A DNA stretch of 27,805 nt. It comes from a virus (Duplodnaviria; Caudoviricetes). The notes beneath the pieces are model-generated. The model saw only the letters and a list, made by a program, of their open reading frames with translations. It had not been told where the DNA came from and made no database searches. Below, piece by piece: positions 23,560 to 27,805 of the stretch (the first letter of the stretch is position 1; the number at the start of each line of letters is the position of its first letter). The stretch spans positions 1 through 27,805 of the IMG/VR virus record IMGVR_UViG_3300030372_002415; one strand, given 5' to 3'. A program made the position numbers and the translations under genes.

Positions 23560-25469
23560 ACTGCCTGAATGATTGACACATCACCAGTTTTGATTGGGCT
23601 GTGTCGGATGTCCGTTCTGGGTTCATACGTTGTGCCGTCTGCATAGGTCACAGCCTGGCCCCGTAGGATGAATGGTTCACCAGGTTTGACGGTCACACCG
23701 TTCAGGCTGGTGGGGGGATTGGTGCCCAGCGCCCGCCAAACTACCTGGTTCACACCGGCCTGCCGGTACAGCTCCAGAACAATGCTGCCTTCGGCCCGCC
23801 GCATTTCATCATCAATGATGTCTGTGGAATGGGCACCGTTGGCCCAGCTGGCCACCACACCATCACGGTTTTCCGATGCCACAATTGAATTGGCTGAACG
23901 CCGTGAACGCCTGGTGGCAAACCGCCGTGCCATGTTTTCCAAGGCTTCAACACTCAGTTGGCCAGGGTTCCGGCCCAACTCATCACCCATGATGTTTGAC
24001 AACTGGTTGCCCAGCTCAGTCAACGCTGGCAGGATCTGTCTGAATGCCAAACGCTGGTATTCCCCTTCATAGAACTTTTCAGCCCATTCAGCCACCTTGC
24101 CTGGTTCACGGTCCAGCTGGCGTTGGGCTGCATTCACTTCTGCCTGGGCAATGGTGTTCAGCGCCCGTTCCCAGTTGGCTTTGGCATTCCCCCTGGCAGC
24201 ATCCCGCAGGGCAACCACATCCACGGTTGGCAGCGCCCGCTGTTCATCTTCCATGGGCATTGGCTCTGGGGCATCACCAGGTTTCAATGCTTCCATGTTC
24301 AATGGGGACAGGTACAAATCACCGTTGCCACCAATCGGGTCCAGGTTTTCAATTTTGCGGATGTCATTGACAGACAGGAACCCAGCCTGCCGTGCCGTCT
24401 GGTATGCCTTGAATCTGGAGTCCAAATCACCACGCAGCAAATGGTCAAACTGGAATTCAGCAAACACGCCACCAGTGGTTGGCAGCAATTTGGATTTGAT
24501 TTCTGATTCAATCCGCCGTGCCCATGGGGTCAATGTGTGAACCACAAACGCCCTGTTCAGCTCACCAATGGAACCGTAGCTGCCTGCATTCTCCAGGTCA
24601 GCCAACATGGACGGGGGCACGCGGAAAATCCGTGCAATCTCAGCAACCTGGAACCGTCTGGTTTCCAGAAACTGGGCATCATTCGGGTTCACGCTAATTG
24701 GCTTGAAATCAATACCAGCTTCCAACAGGGCAACCCTGGCTGAATTGCCAGCGCCCTTGTGGAGCTTTTCCCAACTCCGCCGCAGGTTGCCGAATGCCTC
24801 ATCAGACAATTTGCCTGGCACACTCAGAATGCCGGATGGTGTACCGCTGTTCCCAAACCAGTTGGCCCCATACTGTTCAGCCGCAATGCCCAGCCCGATG
24901 GTTTCCCGTGCCAAACCAATGGGTGAATATCCCACCAAACCCAATGGCCCCAGCGCCCGAATGTGCAATACCTGGTCTGATGTCCATGCGCCCTGGAACT
25001 GGCCCGTGGTAAATTCATACGCCACCCGCCCCGATGTGGTCATTTTCACTTCCACGTTCCTGGGGTCCACTGGGGTCAGGGCTGTCACCTCTCCGCGCCC
25101 GTTGCGGGTGATGTACGCAAACCCGTTGCCGTAGGTACAGGCATGGCTGATGATGGTTTCAAACAGCATAAACGCCGTCAGGTTTTCATCTGCCTGGTCA
25201 CGCAGGATGCCGTATATGGGCAAATCATCTGCCTGCCGTCTGCCATCATCCGTGTTTCTGTAGGTCACCAGTGGCAATGCCGCCAATGATTCTGAAATGA
25301 TCCGCACGCAGCTGTAAACCGCTGACAGGCTCAGGGCTGTCTGTTCAGATACTTCAACCCCAGCACCCGATGGGTTGCCCAGGAAACTCCATTTGTCCGG
25401 CTGTTTGAATGTGTGCCGTTGTTCAGCTTTGGGGCTGATGATGGTCCTGATGAAATCTGCTATAGCCAA
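23556..25469 (-). CDS. HK97-family portal protein with a ~230-aa C-terminal extension
   Basis: SAVYSCVRIISESLAALP..GNGFAYI..VLHIR..GYSPI..DAQFLETR..IARIFRVPP..ENLDPI.GGD. Confidence 0.95.
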   Translation of the reverse strand: MAIADFIRTIISPKAEQRHTFKQPDKWSFLGNPSGAGVEVSEQTALSLSAVYSCVRIISESLAALPLVTYRNTDDGRRQADDLPIYGILRDQADENLTAFMLFETIISHACTYGNGFAYITRNGRGEVTALTPVDPRNVEVKMTTSGRVAYEFTTGQFQGAWTSDQVLHIRALGPLGLVGYSPIGLARETIGLGIAAEQYGANWFGNSGTPSGILSVPGKLSDEAFGNLRRSWEKLHKGAGNSARVALLEAGIDFKPISVNPNDAQFLETRRFQVAEIARIFRVPPSMLADLENAGSYGSIGELNRAFVVHTLTPWARRIESEIKSKLLPTTGGVFAEFQFDHLLRGDLDSRFKAYQTARQAGFLSVNDIRKIENLDPIGGNGDLYLSPLNMEALKPGDAPEPMPMEDEQRALPTVDVVALRDAARGNAKANWERALNTIAQAEVNAAQRQLDREPGKVAEWAEKFYEGEYQRLAFRQILPALTELGNQLSNIMGDELGRNPGQLSVEALENMARRFATRRSRRSANSIVASENRDGVVASWANGAHSTDIIDDEMRRAEGSIVLELYRQAGVNQVVWRALGTNPPTSLNGVTVKPGEPFILRGQAVTYADGTTYEPRTDIRHSPIKTGDVSIIQAV

Positions 25470-27118
25470 CGCAATCCCCTGTCAGTGTAAACATCATCCA
25501 CGCTGGTTTTGGATTCACCCGAATCCATACAACGTCCCAAGCCCATCACCAGGGCCACAACCCCATCAATCCGTTCGGAATTGGCCTTTGATCCGCTTGC
25601 TCTCTTTGATGGTTTGATGTTCCCAGCTGGGTCTGTCTCAATCATCACTTGGGATGCCTGTGCCCTCAAAATGGGGTGATCCCCATGGATCAGCTTGCCA
25701 GATAAAACCAACTCTTCCAGCCGCTTTGATGGGGCTGACAATGAACGGTACCCCTGTCCAATCCAGGTGATGTTGGCCCCCTGTTCACTCAGCCTGGTGG
25801 AAATGTCTGTGGCATTCCAACGGTCCAACGTCACTTCCTGAACCTTGTACCTGTCAACCAGCTCCATGATTTTGGCTTCCACAAAGCTGTAGTCAGTCAC
25901 CACACCTGGGGTCAGGGTTATGTGCCCTTCACTGGCCCAAGCCCTGTAGGGCAGTCGGTCATTCCGTTCCTTGGCTTCAATGTTGTCTTTGGGCAAGAAG
26001 AAATGTGGCAACACTGTGATGGTGCCATCAGCGCCGGGGAAAACGGCTGCAACGCATGTGGTGTCCTGGGTGGTGGCAAGGTCTACGCCGAGCCAACATT
26101 CTTGCCCATCTAGCTTTCCGTGATCTATCTCTGAACCGCTTGCATCCCAACTGTCCATTGGCAACCATCTGGTCTGCTGTTCGGTCCAAACATTCAGGTG
26201 CAAACGCAGAAATGTGTTCACATAACCTGGCACCTCTTTGGCCCGTTTGCATTCCTGTTCCAGATACTCCAAGCTGATTGATTGGCCCAAACTTGGGTTG
26301 GCAATGTGCCAGGTTTCTGGCTCTGTCCAGTCTGATCCCTCTGGTGCCGCATACACCACTGGCAGGAACCGTTCATCCTTGATGGTGCCATCACGCACCT
26401 TCAATGCGTAATCATGCTGTTCCCAGGCAATGGATGTTCTGCTGTGTCCAGCTGTGGTGATTGCAATGGACAATGGTGCCGCCCTGGCACCCATGCTTGT
26501 ATGCAACGTATCCCACAAATCACGGTTGGGCCAAACATGCACTTCATCTGCAATCAGCCCTGAAATGTTCATGCCGTGCTTTGTGCCAGCGTCTGATGAA
26601 ATCACTTTGAAAACGCTGTTGGTTCTGGGGTACTTGATTTCACGCCGGTACACCTGTGCCAATTTGGACAGCATGGCATCACCCTGAATCATCCCCTTTG
26701 CCACATCAAACACAATGGCAGCTTGGTCACGGTCACCCGCAGCGCTGACAACCTCCGCCGATTGTTCACCGTCACCAAACAGGAGATACAAACCCAGCCC
26801 GCTGGACAATGTGGATTTGCCATTCTTCCTGGGAATCTCCAACCAGGTACGCCGATACCGCCGCCGCCCATCAGCATCCACCCAGCCAAACAGGGTTGCC
26901 AGGAAATCACGCTGCCAGGGCAACAGGGTGAATGGCTTGCCAGCTTCCAAACCCTTTTGGTGTTTCAGGAATGCTTCAAAAAACCCAACAACCCGCTGGG
27001 CCTTTTTACTGTCAAACACAAACCCATCAGCATCCCTGGTGGGGTCATACCCTGCTAGGTCAGTTGGTGGTTTAAACGTGTTTTGTCCAGACGCATTCAA
27101 TGGATTTTTTCCTGCCAT
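25460..27118 (-). CDS. terL: Terminase large subunit
   Basis: LLPWQ, IPRKNGKS (Walker A), LIADEVH (Walker B), ITTAG, GVDLA..D, RIDGVVA; start uncertain (ATG 27118 chosen). Confidence 0.97.
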   Translation of the reverse strand: MAGKNPLNASGQNTFKPPTDLAGYDPTRDADGFVFDSKKAQRVVGFFEAFLKHQKGLEAGKPFTLLPWQRDFLATLFGWVDADGRRRYRRTWLEIPRKNGKSTLSSGLGLYLLFGDGEQSAEVVSAAGDRDQAAIVFDVAKGMIQGDAMLSKLAQVYRREIKYPRTNSVFKVISSDAGTKHGMNISGLIADEVHVWPNRDLWDTLHTSMGARAAPLSIAITTAGHSRTSIAWEQHDYALKVRDGTIKDERFLPVVYAAPEGSDWTEPETWHIANPSLGQSISLEYLEQECKRAKEVPGYVNTFLRLHLNVWTEQQTRWLPMDSWDASGSEIDHGKLDGQECWLGVDLATTQDTTCVAAVFPGADGTITVLPHFFLPKDNIEAKERNDRLPYRAWASEGHITLTPGVVTDYSFVEAKIMELVDRYKVQEVTLDRWNATDISTRLSEQGANITWIGQGYRSLSAPSKRLEELVLSGKLIHGDHPILRAQASQVMIETDPAGNIKPSKRASGSKANSERIDGVVALVMGLGRCMDSGESKTSVDDVYTDRGLRWL

Positions 27119-27794
27119 CACCGGATTTGGCTGCACCGCTCAATTCACACAGTGGTTCAAAATCCAACCAGGTTGCGTTTGATGATTCACACACTATGAC
27201 CTGATCGGCCAATGATTTGCAAAACTTGCCCAGTTGTTTGTAATCAATACCCTGTGAACCGCATGAATAGTGGGTGCCCTGTTTTCCCTGGTATGGGGGA
27301 TCAACAAACCACGTTGCTCTGGTTTGCAAGAACTCACTGGGGATGTGTTCAAATCCTATGTTGTGGATTTCCCAAGTATTGAAATGGTGGACATTCTCAG
27401 CCAAACGCTGTCTGCATTTAGCGGCCCAAACATAGGAAACATCCCCAATGCCCAGCACCCAGGATGATTTGCGTTTTGCCGGTTTGGAACAACCTTTGTT
27501 CACCCAGAAACCCACAACATTCCTAGCACCAGGTGATTCAATCACATCAACAGTTTCACCATCATTCAACAATGGCAAATCCATCACATCATCAAAATTG
27601 GCATCAATCAGCCATTGCCAGGTTTCACACAACACAGGGTCAGCATCAAACAGAATGACCTGCCTGCCATGGCCATGCCGACAGGAATAGCCCGCTGAAC
27701 CTGCAAATGGTTCAACAATCACATCTGTGGTTGGCTCTGGATATTTTCCTGAAATCCTGTGCTTTCCACCGTAGAAACTGAATGGTGGTGGCAC
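27072..27794 (-). CDS. N6-adenine DNA methyltransferase (Dam/D12-like), orphan
   Basis: FSFYGGK, VEPFAGSAG (SAM-binding) and FVDPPY (catalytic) motifs. Confidence 0.85.
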   Translation of the reverse strand: MPPPFSFYGGKHRISGKYPEPTTDVIVEPFAGSAGYSCRHGHGRQVILFDADPVLCETWQWLIDANFDDVMDLPLLNDGETVDVIESPGARNVVGFWVNKGCSKPAKRKSSWVLGIGDVSYVWAAKCRQRLAENVHHFNTWEIHNIGFEHIPSEFLQTRATWFVDPPYQGKQGTHYSCGSQGIDYKQLGKFCKSLADQVIVCESSNATWLDFEPLCELSGAAKSGDGRKKSIECVWTKHV

Positions 27795-27805
27795 CTTGGT
27801 CTGGA

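Noticed and set aside
9902-27182. Many long plus-strand ORFs opposite the structural genes (e.g. 9902..10513, 11548..12012, 15124..15696, 24607..25134)
   Set aside because: They are antisense shadows of well-supported minus-strand genes, with no recognisable motifs or RBS.
8019-27794. Restriction-like nuclease plus methyltransferase as an R-M system
   Set aside because: The genes are about 18 kb apart, and both types are common as stand-alone phage genes.
1-27805. CRISPR array, tRNA, integrase/att site, reverse transcriptase or DGR, terminal repeats, recoded stop codons
   Set aside because: No spaced repeats, cloverleaf, recombinase or RT motifs, or matching ends were seen, and genes tile tightly under the standard code.

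Overview
This window is most of a tailed dsDNA phage genome with an HK97-type head and a non-contractile tail. No small terminase, integrase or repressor is visible, so it is probably incomplete and its lifestyle is unknown. The minus strand, read right to left, carries an adenine methyltransferase, large terminase, portal, prohead protease, capsid, head-tail joining genes, tail tube, tail chaperones with a -1 frameshift site, tape measure and four tail-tip/adhesin-type genes. It continues with a replication/recombination block, a membrane/lysis-like block, an HNH nuclease and two host-like surface-protein genes. The plus strand (131-2956) carries a lysozyme-like gene and a cassette of small accessory genes ending in an HNH-AP2 endonuclease. 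A dockerin-like C-terminus and a PEP-CTERM-like tail suggest a Planctomycetota (Phycisphaerae-like) host; this is inference. The most unusual items are: (1) portal and protease are polyprotein-like fusions whose modules are separated by the same E-x-R motif seen at the likely capsid maturation site; (2) a two-gene module carrying host-type surface-anchoring signals; (3) two highly structured intergenic leaders; (4) strong depletion of TCG/CGA outside TCGG/CCGA. All family assignments come from motif recognition by eye, not from database searches.
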